This document shows positions 30,311 through 40,507 of a DNA stretch of 63,041 nucleotides, piece after piece. The notes under the pieces were generated by a model. It was not told the DNA's origin. It searched no databases and was given only the letters and a program-made list of their open reading frames with translations. The translations under genes were made by a program, and so were the position numbers. Numbering within the stretch: the first letter of the stretch is position 1; each line of letters begins with the position of its first letter. This DNA is from a bacterium (GTDB lineage Bacteria > Patescibacteriota > Saccharimonadia > Saccharimonadales > Saccharimonadaceae), in NCBI GenBank assembly GCA_963626095.1, contig CAVFVK010000001.1:1-63041 (forward strand). Reading direction: 5' to 3'.

Positions 30311-31378
30311 ATGGCAACAGCCAAAAAATATACTATGGACGAGCTTCTCGCCGAAAATACGGAAGCCGCCAAAAAAATCATCACCGGCGATACTATTAAA
30401 GGCACGGTGTTATCTGTTAAAAAACACGAGATTCTCGTGGACCTTGGGGCGCAAGGTATCGGGCTAGTTCCGCGACGCGAAGTTTCGTTTGCGCGCACGC
30501 TAGAGGTCGGCAACGAAGTTACCGCTTCGGTCGTCGACGCCGAGATGAAAGACGGTTATGTCTTGCTTTCGCTTCGCAAAGCCGTCAAAGACAAAGGTTG
30601 GGATGAAATCCAAGCCAAACTCGACAACAGCGAAATCGTCGAGGTTACGCCGTCCGACGCTAACCGAGGCGGTCTATTGGTCGAATACGAAGGTATCCGC
30701 GGTTTTATGCCAGTTTCGCAACTTTCCGCCGAGCACTATCCTCGAGTTGGTAGCGCCGACAAAGACGAAATTTTGCAACGCCTGAATTCTCTCGTCGGTA
30801 AACCGATCAAAGCTCGCATTTTGGACGCTAACAAGAAAGAAAACAAGCTGATTTTCTCTGAAAAAGAAGCTATCAAAGACGGTTTAGCAGAGCGCTTTTC
30901 AAAACTCAACGTTGGCGACACGATCAAAGGCGTTGTCACTGGCGTGGTCGATTTCGGCGTCTTTGTCAATGTTGACGGTATTGAGGGGCTAATTCACATC
31001 TCAGAGATCTCTTGGGAACGTGTTAATAACCCATCTGACTATGTCAAGGTTGGCGACAATATCGAAGCCAAAATCATTGCCATTGACAAGGAACGCCTCT
31101 CGCTCTCGATGAAGCAATTAGTCGAAGACCCGTGGATTTCCGAAGTCGAAGGCTTGAAAAAAGGCTCGAAAGTCGAAGGTACCATCACTCGGATTACCCC
31201 GTTCGGTGCTTTTGTCCAAATCAGCCCAGCCGTAGAAGCTTTAGTTCACGTCTCGGAACTTGGCGAAGGTTCAGATGTCAATCCTGAAAAAATCTTCACT
31301 TTGAACGAACGCAAGAACTTCAAAGTGCTGGACATTGATAAAGAAGGACGCAAAATCTCCCTCTCTATCACCAAATAA
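30311..31378 (+). CDS. rpsA: 30S ribosomal protein S1 (4 S1 domains)
   Basis: GFMPVSQL, DFGVFV, GLIHISEISW, PFGAFV. Confidence 0.93.
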   Translation: MATAKKYTMDELLAENTEAAKKIITGDTIKGTVLSVKKHEILVDLGAQGIGLVPRREVSFARTLEVGNEVTASVVDAEMKDGYVLLSLRKAVKDKGWDEIQAKLDNSEIVEVTPSDANRGGLLVEYEGIRGFMPVSQLSAEHYPRVGSADKDEILQRLNSLVGKPIKARILDANKKENKLIFSEKEAIKDGLAERFSKLNVGDTIKGVVTGVVDFGVFVNVDGIEGLIHISEISWERVNNPSDYVKVGDNIEAKIIAIDKERLSLSMKQLVEDPWISEVEGLKKGSKVEGTITRITPFGAFVQISPAVEALVHVSELGEGSDVNPEKIFTLNERKNFKVLDIDKEGRKISLSITK

Positions 31379-31383
31379 TGCAA

Positions 31384-31405
31384 AAATAGCCCTTCGGGGC
31401 TATTT
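31384..31405 (+). terminator. Intrinsic terminator after rpsA
   Basis: AAATAGCCC-TTCG-GGGCTATTT. Confidence 0.8.
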
Positions 31406-31424
31406 CTATGGTATAATTAAGCTT

Positions 31425-33143
31425 ATGAAAAAGAAAACTACCCCTGAAAAACCGTGGTATGAATACTACGAGAGCGAAGGTTTGTCTACACAATTAGAGT
31501 TTCCGGATTGTTCGATGGTGGACATGGTGATGCAATCGGCTGAAAAATGGCCCGATAACACCGCCTATGTCTATTATGGCCACAAAGTAACATACAAAAA
31601 TTTCGTCAAAAAAATCGAAAAAACCGCTCGCGCCCTCAAAAATTACGGTGTCAAAGAAGGCGACCGCGTAACGATTTGTATGCCCAACACCCCAGAGGGT
31701 ATTACCATGGTTTATGCCGTCAATATGGTCGGCGCTATCTGCAACATGGTACATCCACTATCTTCCGAAAAAGAACTCGAATATTACATCAAAATCGCCG
31801 ATTCCAAATATGTATTGGTTATCGACGCCGTTTTTGACAAAATCTACAAACTCCGCGACGTTGCTCAACTAGAGCGAATTATCGTAGTTCGCCCCTCGGA
31901 CGGGCTTGGTTTTCTCAAGAAAAAGCTCTATTCCGCGGTTCACGTCAAAAAAGTGCGCCTGCCATCAAACGACAGCCGAGTCGTCCTCTGGGAAGATTTT
32001 ATCGCCAACAGCTTCTTCTATCAGGGAAATTATCACGAAGAACGTGGCGGTGCAGACCCAGCAGTAATTATGTACTCTGGCGGCACCACTGGCGCCCCAA
32101 AAGCTGTTATGTTGTCTAACCTCAACATCAACGCCGAATCCCTTTGCGACGGCACCGTCATTCGCCAAATCACCCCTGGCGCGACTGTTCTCTCGATTCT
32201 GCCTCTGTTCCATTGCTTCGGTCTCGGCGTCTGCATTCATACGCCTCTTTGTCGAGGCATGGGCTGTATCTTGATTCCGGCCTTTTCACACAAACAATTT
32301 GCCGAAATCATCAAGAAAAATGAGCCCAATTTCATCGTTGGCGTCCCGACACTATTCGAGGCACTAATCAACACCAAATTAAAACCAGGCGATCTCTCCT
32401 CTGTTACGGCAGTCATTTGCGGTGGCGACGCCCTAACTCAGACCCTGCGCGACAAAGTCAACGAATTCCTGTCCGAACACGGCTCTAGCGCTAAAATCCG
32501 TGTCGGTTATGGTCTCACCGAAGGTTCTGGCGCAGTCTGTTTGTCTCCTGAAAATTCATTCAAGGATGGCATTATTGGCGCGCCTCTCCCCGGTACAGAC
32601 TTCAAAATCGTCAAAAACGACACCTTTAAAGAGCTTCCGGTCGGCGCAAGCGGAGAAATTTGCATCTCTGGTCCGCTAGTGATGATGGGCTATCTCGGCG
32701 ACGATGCCGAAACTGCTCAGACTCTCCGTGTCCACGAAGACGGCAAGCTTTGGCTCCACACCGGTGATATTGGTTATCTCGGCGACGACGGTTTGATTTA
32801 CTTCGCTCAACGCCTCAAACGCATCATTATCTCGAGTGGCTACAATATCTACCCTACGCACCTCGAGTCCATCATCAACTCCCACGAAGGCGTCCTCACC
32901 TCGACAGTCATCGGCATTGATCACCCCTATAAAGGACAAGTCCCGAAGGCATTCGTCGTCCTTAAAACCGGCTACAAGGCTAGCAAAAAAGTCGAACGCG
33001 AAATCCGCGGCCTGCTCGAACGCAACGTCCCGATTTACGCTCTCCCTGTCGCCTATGAATTCCGCGACAAGCTCCCACAAACCAAGGTCGGCAAAGTCGC
33101 CTTCCGCGAACTAGAAAAAGAAGAACAAGCCAAAAATAACTAA
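31425..33143 (+). CDS. Acyl-CoA synthetase / long-chain fatty acid--CoA ligase family
   Basis: YSGGTTGAPK, GYGLTE, HTGDIG, LPQTKVGKV. Confidence 0.88.
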   Translation: MKKKTTPEKPWYEYYESEGLSTQLEFPDCSMVDMVMQSAEKWPDNTAYVYYGHKVTYKNFVKKIEKTARALKNYGVKEGDRVTICMPNTPEGITMVYAVNMVGAICNMVHPLSSEKELEYYIKIADSKYVLVIDAVFDKIYKLRDVAQLERIIVVRPSDGLGFLKKKLYSAVHVKKVRLPSNDSRVVLWEDFIANSFFYQGNYHEERGGADPAVIMYSGGTTGAPKAVMLSNLNINAESLCDGTVIRQITPGATVLSILPLFHCFGLGVCIHTPLCRGMGCILIPAFSHKQFAEIIKKNEPNFIVGVPTLFEALINTKLKPGDLSSVTAVICGGDALTQTLRDKVNEFLSEHGSSAKIRVGYGLTEGSGAVCLSPENSFKDGIIGAPLPGTDFKIVKNDTFKELPVGASGEICISGPLVMMGYLGDDAETAQTLRVHEDGKLWLHTGDIGYLGDDGLIYFAQRLKRIIISSGYNIYPTHLESIINSHEGVLTSTVIGIDHPYKGQVPKAFVVLKTGYKASKKVEREIRGLLERNVPIYALPVAYEFRDKLPQTKVGKVAFRELEKEEQAKNN

Positions 33144-33224
33144 TTTTTTGCAAACTACTACCTTAAACGCGCTGATTTTAGAATTTTTGTGCCAAAAATA
33201 GCAAAAACTCCTAGGATGCTAATC

Positions 33225-34428
33225 CTATCGCCACCGATAATAATTCAGTCTCACTCGTAAACGCAATTTTACCGATTTTTTTGCCAAAAATCGGTTTTTC
33301 CGCCACTCAGGGAAGTATTGTTGCAACATTTTTCGTGCTTGCGAAAATCCTACTCGCCCCTCGCGAAATGCTCCAAAATCTTTTGCCGAATCAATCAATA
33401 AGTTCCAGATGAAAAACCATTCCAGTTCATCATGGAATTCATTCACTGCCGACGCCCCGAGCGATTTTTCACGCGACATCTCTGGCGTTGCCATTTGCGT
33501 AGTTGCGTCTGTCGGTACCTGTTCAAATCTCTGATATAGTCCCTCCAGCGCCGGAAAAATATCAAAAATATGCGGATTAAACTCGGATTTGTGCAGTACC
33601 GACCCCGCATTTTGATAATAAAGATATAACGGCTCGTCTACGCTCGCGAAACGATCAGTATACAAAATCAGGGAAGAAATCAACTCCATATCTTCGTGAA
33701 TTATCCCCTCACGAAAAGAAAAACCGTGCTCTTGCCACCATGCTCGCCGAATCAAAAATTGCCACGGTCCCGCCCCATAACGCACAAACCTACTCTTAAA
33801 ATCCGGCTCATCCGCCCGCACTGCCGAAAGATAATCTCGGTGCCCGTCGGCATAAATCCGCTCCGCTCCCATCATCACTAAATCCGCCACTTCTAGGGCT
33901 ATTTTTTTACCCACATCCGCTCTAGCGTTCGGCTCCGCGCTCTTATTCGCCCCTGTTTCGACTTGACACCTAGCTCCACGAGCCTCGGCAATCAATTTTG
34001 CAATCGCCTTTTCCGTAATTGCATCATCCGCATCAATAAACCACACAAACTCCCCGCGCGCCTTCGCAAAACCAAAATTTCGCGCCGCGCTCGCCCCTGT
34101 TTTTTTCACACGAAAAAACCTTTAATTTTACGTTAACGCCAGCTTTTTTCAGAGCTTCTGCCTCTTTTCGCCACTTATCTGCCACTAGGAGCGTCTTGTC
34201 CCCCGAACCGTTGTCTATGACCAGTATTTCTGAAACCACCCTGGTAGCGCCCGTGAGACCCCGAGTATCCACGATATCTCCAGCACCCCCAGCCTCCCTA
34301 GCCCCCTCAGAGCCACCACTAGTCAAAGACACAGCTCCAAGCACCGATTTTAGGCACCTGCCCAAATATTTTTCTGCATTAAAAGCTGGAATTATAATCG
34401 AAAGGTCTATTTTGCGCTCGCTATCCAT
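33225..34428 (-). pseudogene. Glycosyltransferase family 2 split by a one-base frameshift in an A7 run
   Basis: LSIIIPAFNAEKYL and VIDNGS in one frame; GASAARN, FIDADD and HED in another; join at 34100-34106. Confidence 0.8.
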
Positions 34429-34442
34429 GATATAATCATACC

Positions 34443-34928
34443 ATGTTTATAAAAATCCTTATCGTTTTTCTCATTTCCATGGTGCCCTTAATCGAACTTC
34501 GGGGCGCTATCCCTGTCGCCGTCGCCATGAATCTCGGCCTGCCCGAATGGCTCATCCTTCTCGTCGCCATTATCGGTAATATTGTGCCCGTGCCTTTTAT
34601 CTATCTATTTGCTCGCAAAATCCTCGAATGGGGAAGCAAATGCAAACTAAAAACTTTCCAAAAGTTCTGCAATTTTTGCCTCAAAAGGGGTCAAAAAGGC
34701 GGTGAAAAGTTATTAAAAAACACCCGTGGCGGCGTTTTCTGGGCATTATTTGTCTTTGTCGCTATCCCGCTCCCCGGCACCGGCGCCTGGACCGGCGCTT
34801 TGGCGGCTAGCATTCTAAATCTCGACTTCAAGAAAGCCGTGCTCGCTATCTCCGCCGGCGTCGTCGTGGCGGGTCTCATCATGCTCCTCGCCTCGCTCGG
34901 ATTATTCAATGGTATTCTCGGCATCTAA
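34443..34928 (+). CDS. Small multi-drug export (COG2426-like) membrane protein
   Basis: SMVPLIELRGAIP and FVAIPLPGTGAWTG. Confidence 0.88.
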   Translation: MFIKILIVFLISMVPLIELRGAIPVAVAMNLGLPEWLILLVAIIGNIVPVPFIYLFARKILEWGSKCKLKTFQKFCNFCLKRGQKGGEKLLKNTRGGVFWALFVFVAIPLPGTGAWTGALAASILNLDFKKAVLAISAGVVVAGLIMLLASLGLFNGILGI

Positions 34929-35041
34929 TATTTTCCGAGCCGAGCAACCTCTAGCGCCCTCTGTCTAAAACCCACTAACCCACAACTCCCCAGAAATGAA
35001 AATGGCCGCCCGAAAGGCGACCATATGATGAAAAATGGAAG

Positions 35042-35605
35042 CTATCCGTTGGCGCTAGCGCCAACCTCAGTACCGAAAAATGTCTCAGCATCGATGAGTT
35101 CAACGTTGAAAGTCCATTCGATAACTAAAATCTTAGCTATCAAGAGAGCAATTCGCCGTCTTTGACAATAATCATAAAGTCTTATAATCGGTAGCGCAAC
35201 ACCAATCGCAATTAGCGACCCTAAGACTAGACCCGTCATCGCCATTAGTATCATAATCAATATGCCTCGGTTCCCAGCTCTCCAAGCCAAAACCGGAAAC
35301 AACACCGCCCCGCCAATCTCCATGACCATGAGAAACACAAACGTCCATAGGACGATTGCGCATTCGCCGTCGTCATTTAGATTTTGGCGCAGTTCGTAGA
35401 GCATTCCGACTTGGTCGACTTCTTCTAGCCCATCAGCCCGTTTTATAAGATGTCGCTTTCTTGCCCTAGTGGAGTTCAATAGCTCGTCCTGGGCATTTAC
35501 CGCAATCTTATCAAGCCAATTTCGCTCTTTTGCCGTCAGCGTGCGCTCGCCGAACTTCAGATACCTGTAATACTGAGCCCCCAACTCTCCGAAATAAGCA
35601 TCCAC
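35042..35605 (-). CDS. Hypothetical 2-TM protein
   Basis: SD AAGGAGG 7 nt before GTG; followed by hairpin 35002-35024. Confidence 0.6.
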   Translation of the reverse strand: MDAYFGELGAQYYRYLKFGERTLTAKERNWLDKIAVNAQDELLNSTRARKRHLIKRADGLEEVDQVGMLYELRQNLNDDGECAIVLWTFVFLMVMEIGGAVLFPVLAWRAGNRGILIMILMAMTGLVLGSLIAIGVALPIIRLYDYCQRRRIALLIAKILVIEWTFNVELIDAETFFGTEVGASANG

Positions 35606-35792
35606 ATTCACCCCTCCTTTCATTGTAAAGTGCACTTGTGTCCAACCACCTCTCTATTATAACAGATACGGGAAAATTTCTCAAGATGTCGCCTCTAGCT
35701 CTGCTAGATTTCTTAAGTCCCACCCCCCAATTTTGTCACCAGCCTCAAAACCCCTCTTCTCCAGAGAGTGATAGGTATGCTATAATATAACT

Positions 35793-36431
35793 ATGAAAGC
35801 CATTCTGTTTGACTTTGACGGTGTACTCGCCGACAGCGAAGAGTTGTACGACGCGGTCGAGAACGAACTCTTTGCAAAACTGGTACCGGGTTGGCAACGC
35901 GATTTTTCTGAGGAAATTATCGGTCTAGACCCGCACAGCACGTTTTTGTTGCTAAAAAATAAACACGCTCTAAATATTTCTGAGGACGAGTTTCGTCACG
36001 AATATGACAAGAATTTCCCGATGGTTTACAATGCCGCACAATTAACCAGGCAGGCGCTAGCAATGCTAAACTATGGCGCTACACACGATGTGCGTATGAG
36101 TATTGTCTCCTCGACCCCTAGCGAACATATCGTGCAATTTTTACAGAAAAACCATATTCGACATTTTATCGAGGAAGTTTTCTCCTCAGCCGACTTAAAA
36201 ATTCCCAGCAAACCCGCTCCCGACCCCTATAATTTTGCTGTCAAAAAACTAAACTTGGACAAAAGTTCCACCATCGTCGTCGAAGACTCGTTTGCCGGCA
36301 CTTCCGCTGCCCGCGCCGCCGGTCTGTTCACCGTCGGCTACAATACTGTTAATCCCGCATGTCCTTGCAATCTGCGTTTAACCGACAATGACAATGTCGC
36401 CACCGTTTTCGCTCAAACCCCTCAGAGCTAA
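35793..36431 (+). CDS. HAD family phosphatase
   Basis: FDFDGVL, KPAPD, VVEDS. Confidence 0.92.
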   Translation: MKAILFDFDGVLADSEELYDAVENELFAKLVPGWQRDFSEEIIGLDPHSTFLLLKNKHALNISEDEFRHEYDKNFPMVYNAAQLTRQALAMLNYGATHDVRMSIVSSTPSEHIVQFLQKNHIRHFIEEVFSSADLKIPSKPAPDPYNFAVKKLNLDKSSTIVVEDSFAGTSAARAAGLFTVGYNTVNPACPCNLRLTDNDNVATVFAQTPQS

Positions 36432-36460
36432 CGTCCACTAGTATTCTAAAATCGTCTAAA

Positions 36461-36670
36461 TGGCTCCCCCGGCCAGACTCGCACCGAAGGTCCGACGTCT
36501 GCCCCTTTTTGACGTTTTTTCATAAAAAAATGGCTCCCCCGGCCAGACTCGCACCGAAGGTCCGACGTCTGCCCCTTTTTGACGTTTTTTCATAAAAAAA
36601 TGGCTCCCCCGGCCAGACTCGCACCGAAGGTCCGACGTCTGCCCCTTTTTGACGTTTTTTCATAAAAAAA
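36461..36670. repeat. Three identical 70-bp tandem units, each carrying the 3' 21 nt of tRNA-Asn
   Basis: Units start at 36461, 36531 and 36601; TGGCTCCCCCGGCCAGACTCG is shared with the tRNA end at 36671. Confidence 0.95.
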
Positions 36671-36745
36671 TGGCTCCCCCGGCCAGACTCGAACTGGCAA
36701 CCTCGAAGTTAACAGCTTCTTGCTCCACCATTGAGCTACAGGGGA
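36671..36745 (-). tRNA. tRNA-Asn(GTT)
   Basis: TCCCCTG...CGGGGGAGCCA; anticodon loop CT-GTT-AA. Confidence 0.95.
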
Positions 36746-36859
36746 ATAACCAAATTTTCCACCGCACTAGTGTGCGATATATCTATTATAGCATATTTTT
36801 TAAAAATGTGATAAAATTAAAGGAGTTATATTATTTTTTAGCGCAGAAAGGGGCTTTTC

Positions 36860-38626
36860 GTGGAAGAAAAAACTATACAGATCGCTGGTTCTATTACTGT
36901 TGACGAGCTCTCGCAGGCGCTCGGCCTTTCGGTGACCGAACTAATCGGCACGCTGTTCAAAAACGGCATTGTTGCGACGATTAACCAACGCCTAGATTTT
37001 GAGACCGCAAGCATTATTATCGACGAGTTGGGGCTAGAAAACGTCAAACTTGAGCGCAAAAACACCTCGACCAAAACTTCGCATCTTCATCGCGAGCTTT
37101 CCGACCACGCCACCGAGCGTCCGCCAGTCGTCGCCGTGATGGGTCATGTTGACCACGGCAAAACCACCCTTCTCGACACTCTCCTCAACAAAAAGACCGT
37201 TGAGGGCGAAGCCGGCGGTATCACTCAACATATTTCCGCCTATCAGCTAAACCACGACGGCCGGTTGATCACTTTTCTCGACACCCCTGGCCACGAAGCT
37301 TTTGCCGCTATTCGCCAGCACGGTGCCATGTTGACCGATATCGTCGTTATCGTGGTCGCCGCCGATGACGGCGTCAAACCCCAGACTGTCGAGGCGATCA
37401 ATTTTGCCAAAACCGCTAACGCCAAAATCATCGTCGCAATCAATAAAATCGATCGCGAAGGCGCCGATATCGACCGCACCAAAGCCGACCTATCTAACCA
37501 TGGTCTTCAACCCGAAGAATGGGGTGGCGATATCACCATGGTCCCAATTTCCGCCAAAATGAACCAAAACCTCGACCAACTACTCGACATGATTTTGCTG
37601 ACTGCCGATATCGAAGAACTCAAAGCCGACACCGATATCCCGTCCGAGGGGCTTGTGATCGAATCACATATGGAAACCGGCAAAGGCTCGGTTGTTAACT
37701 TGCTCGTCACTGGCGGAGAACTTAAAACCGGCGAATTTATCGTTGCCGGCTCAACTTACGGCAAAATTCGCACTATGCTAGACTGGAAAGGTAAGCCCAA
37801 GGGCAAAGCTACTCCGTCCACCCCTGTCACGGTGACCGGTTTCAAAGAACTTCCGAACTTCGGTGACCGCTTTATCGAAGTCAAAGACGAAAAAACCGCT
37901 CGCAAAATGGCGCTTCTTAATGCTCAGGCCGCTGCCGACGAGTCCGCTTCCGCCAACGTCACCTCGACCGACCTGCTCCGCATGATGAATGTCGCCGACA
38001 ACTCCAAAATTTTCAACGTTATCGTCAAAGGCGACGTGCTCGGCTCTGTCACCTCTGTTGTGGATAGCCTTAAACTTATCGACACCGGTGGCGAAATCAC
38101 CTTAAATATTGTTCATACTGGCGTTGGCGATATCAACGAAAACGATATCTACATGGCAGCCGGCGGCAATACCGTGATTTACGGTTTCAATGTCAATGTC
38201 CCGATCAACATCTCTAAAATGGCCGCTCGCGATGGCGTCCCTGTGCGGATTTACCGAGTGATTTACGAACTTATCGACGACGTCAAGCATGAAATGGAGC
38301 AACTCCTAGACGCCGAAATTATCGAAGAGGACAAGGGCGAGATGAAGGTCCTCGGTGTCTTCCGCACCGAAAAAACCAGCATCATCGCCGGTGGGGAAGT
38401 TCTAAAAGGCGATGTCCGGGCCGACTATTTGGCGCGTGTTGTGCGCGACAAGCAATATATCGGCGAAGTCAAAGTCGTCAGCGTTCAAAAAGAAAAAATG
38501 GCTGTCGACAATCTTGCCGCCGGCGAAACCGGTGGTCTCGCCCTCTCGACCGAACACAAAATCGAACTCCAAATCGGCGATCGTCTCAAATTCTTCACCC
38601 GCGAAACCAAAGCCAAAAAACTCTAG
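36860..38626 (+). CDS. infB: Translation initiation factor IF-2
   Basis: [23 protein letters not shown]. Confidence 0.96.
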   Translation: MEEKTIQIAGSITVDELSQALGLSVTELIGTLFKNGIVATINQRLDFETASIIIDELGLENVKLERKNTSTKTSHLHRELSDHATERPPVVAVMGHVDHGKTTLLDTLLNKKTVEGEAGGITQHISAYQLNHDGRLITFLDTPGHEAFAAIRQHGAMLTDIVVIVVAADDGVKPQTVEAINFAKTANAKIIVAINKIDREGADIDRTKADLSNHGLQPEEWGGDITMVPISAKMNQNLDQLLDMILLTADIEELKADTDIPSEGLVIESHMETGKGSVVNLLVTGGELKTGEFIVAGSTYGKIRTMLDWKGKPKGKATPSTPVTVTGFKELPNFGDRFIEVKDEKTARKMALLNAQAAADESASANVTSTDLLRMMNVADNSKIFNVIVKGDVLGSVTSVVDSLKLIDTGGEITLNIVHTGVGDINENDIYMAAGGNTVIYGFNVNVPINISKMAARDGVPVRIYRVIYELIDDVKHEMEQLLDAEIIEEDKGEMKVLGVFRTEKTSIIAGGEVLKGDVRADYLARVVRDKQYIGEVKVVSVQKEKMAVDNLAAGETGGLALSTEHKIELQIGDRLKFFTRETKAKKL

Positions 38627-38741
38627 CCACCTCAGTAAAAGTGTACATAAAGTATACATATTCGCTAATACGTATACCTCACACACAGAACAGCCCCACT
38701 GGCAGAAATAATGTGTTATAATAACCACAAGGAGTATCAAC

Positions 38742-39035
38742 ATGAATTTTGACGAAAAGTTTTTACAAGAAATGGGGCTTCAGGCGATGCCAGAGGGCGA
38801 AAAGCAGAAATTTTTAGATTACATTCAAGAAGAGCTCGAAGTCCGCATCGGCGAACGCATTTCTCGGGGCTTGACCGAAGCGCAACTTAACGAATTCGAC
38901 CAAATCATTGACCAAACCGAGACCAGAAAATGGCTCGAGCAAAATCGCCCCGATTACCGCGAAATCGTCACTCGCACTATCGAAGAAATGAAATCCGAAA
39001 TCCGTGCCAACCGCGCCCGCCTCGTCGGCGCTTAG
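38742..39035 (+). CDS. Conserved CPR helical protein (DUF5663-like)
   Basis: SD AAGGAG; ELEVRIG...WLEQNRPDY. Confidence 0.6.
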   Translation: MNFDEKFLQEMGLQAMPEGEKQKFLDYIQEELEVRIGERISRGLTEAQLNEFDQIIDQTETRKWLEQNRPDYREIVTRTIEEMKSEIRANRARLVGA

Positions 39036-39856
39036 CCTTGCTTCCCGTATCCATTTACAAAACTCTTCGCGTCCATCGCCTTGCGCCCCTCGGGCTGTAA
39101 TCTGTCAATCACTAAATTTTGCCCATCCACGCACAGCAAAGAAAGCACCGCCGTCTCACCCACCTTCGCTATATGCGCCTCTAAAACGATACAGGAAACG
39201 CCAAAAAACGCATATTTCGCTTTCGGAAAGCCGGAAAAAGCCACAATTTTACGCAAAGTTTTCTCCGCCGTATCTGTTTCTGGCGCAAGAAGCGACATCG
39301 TTTTATCCAATTTTCCACAAAAAGTCGCGCGCGCCTCATCCTGAGGCTTAGGCTCCGGCAAATCACAAAGATGCCGAACCACCCACTCCGCCCCTGTTTC
39401 CGCAAGAGCCGTATAAACCGCATTTTTCTCCGGCACTATCCCCGAAATTAGCTCCGAACCCGTCGCTTTTTCAATTTCCGCCCCTGTTAAAGTCTTCTGA
39501 AAATAAACCGGCCCCGCGTCCATCGCCTTTGCGAGTTTTATCACCGACACCGAAAACTCCGTCGCCCCGTCCAAAATCGCACTCTCAATCGGCGACGCCC
39601 CCCGATACTCCGGCAACAGGGAAGGGTGAATGTTCAAAATCCCCTCCGGCTCAAAAACCTCCAAAACCGAGCTAGGAATTAGCACCCCAAACGACGCCAG
39701 CACCCCTATCGCCGCCGGTTTTTCTCTCTTCAATTCCACTGCACGCGCTAAATCCTCTCGCGTCCGCGCGCGAAAAATCACTTGGCACTCTCGCTCCAAG
39801 ACTGCTAATGCTTTTTCCGCTAGCAGTCCATTCCCGAAGAAGATTGCCTCTGTCAT
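39032..39856 (-). CDS. fmt: Methionyl-tRNA formyltransferase
   Basis: LNIHPSLLPEYRGASPI, MDAGP, LQPEGRKAM; ATGA overlap with def. Confidence 0.92.
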   Translation of the reverse strand: MTEAIFFGNGLLAEKALAVLERECQVIFRARTREDLARAVELKREKPAAIGVLASFGVLIPSSVLEVFEPEGILNIHPSLLPEYRGASPIESAILDGATEFSVSVIKLAKAMDAGPVYFQKTLTGAEIEKATGSELISGIVPEKNAVYTALAETGAEWVVRHLCDLPEPKPQDEARATFCGKLDKTMSLLAPETDTAEKTLRKIVAFSGFPKAKYAFFGVSCIVLEAHIAKVGETAVLSLLCVDGQNLVIDRLQPEGRKAMDAKSFVNGYGKQG

Positions 39857-40425
39857 TCTTCTCCCCACAACTCCGTGTTCTCCAAAATCTCACTCTCAAA
39901 ATCCACCGGCAAAAGCTCCCCCTTGTCATCCATCCGATAAAACGCATCTTTCTCATTTTTAATATGGTCAATAAACAAAACCCCATCCAAATGATCAATT
40001 TCGTGTAGCAACGTCCGCGCCAGCTCCCCCGACGCCTTAATCCGCACCTCTGTCCCGTCTTCGAGTTTCGCCTTTACTTTTACTTTCGAAGCTCGTGGTA
40101 CCTTGCCATAAATCGCCGGCACCGACAAGCACCCCTCAAAATCGCGGATAACTTTGCCGTCCGCCCGAATTACCTCGGGATTAATCAACGCCGTAAAAGT
40201 CCCGTTTTTCTTGTCTTCCATATCATCGCGAATGATAATAATCCGCTTATTCACCCCAATTTGAGGCGCCGCCATCGCCGCCGACAGCTCGAACGGATGC
40301 TCTTTTTCCCAGTCCAGTGACAATTTTCGCATCGCTTCAATCACCTTCAAAATCTCCTCGTCAATGACGCGCACTTTCTCAGACACTTCCCGTAGCCTCG
40401 GGTCAGGGGTGGTGATAATTTTCAT
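39853..40425 (-). CDS. def: Peptide deformylase
   Basis: AAPQIG, EGCLS, HEIDHLDG. Confidence 0.96.
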   Translation of the reverse strand: MKIITTPDPRLREVSEKVRVIDEEILKVIEAMRKLSLDWEKEHPFELSAAMAAPQIGVNKRIIIIRDDMEDKKNGTFTALINPEVIRADGKVIRDFEGCLSVPAIYGKVPRASKVKVKAKLEDGTEVRIKASGELARTLLHEIDHLDGVLFIDHIKNEKDAFYRMDDKGELLPVDFESEILENTELWGEE

Positions 40426-40507
40426 ATCTTGATTATACCACAAAATTCAATAAAGAGATACCGGCTCCAAAAACCGAACATCATAACTCGAGAACCCCAA
40501 AACTACC

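Noticed and set aside
36461..36691. CRISPR array (21-bp repeats at regular spacing)
   Set aside because: Spacers are identical, the repeat is the tRNA-Asn 3' end, and no cas genes are present
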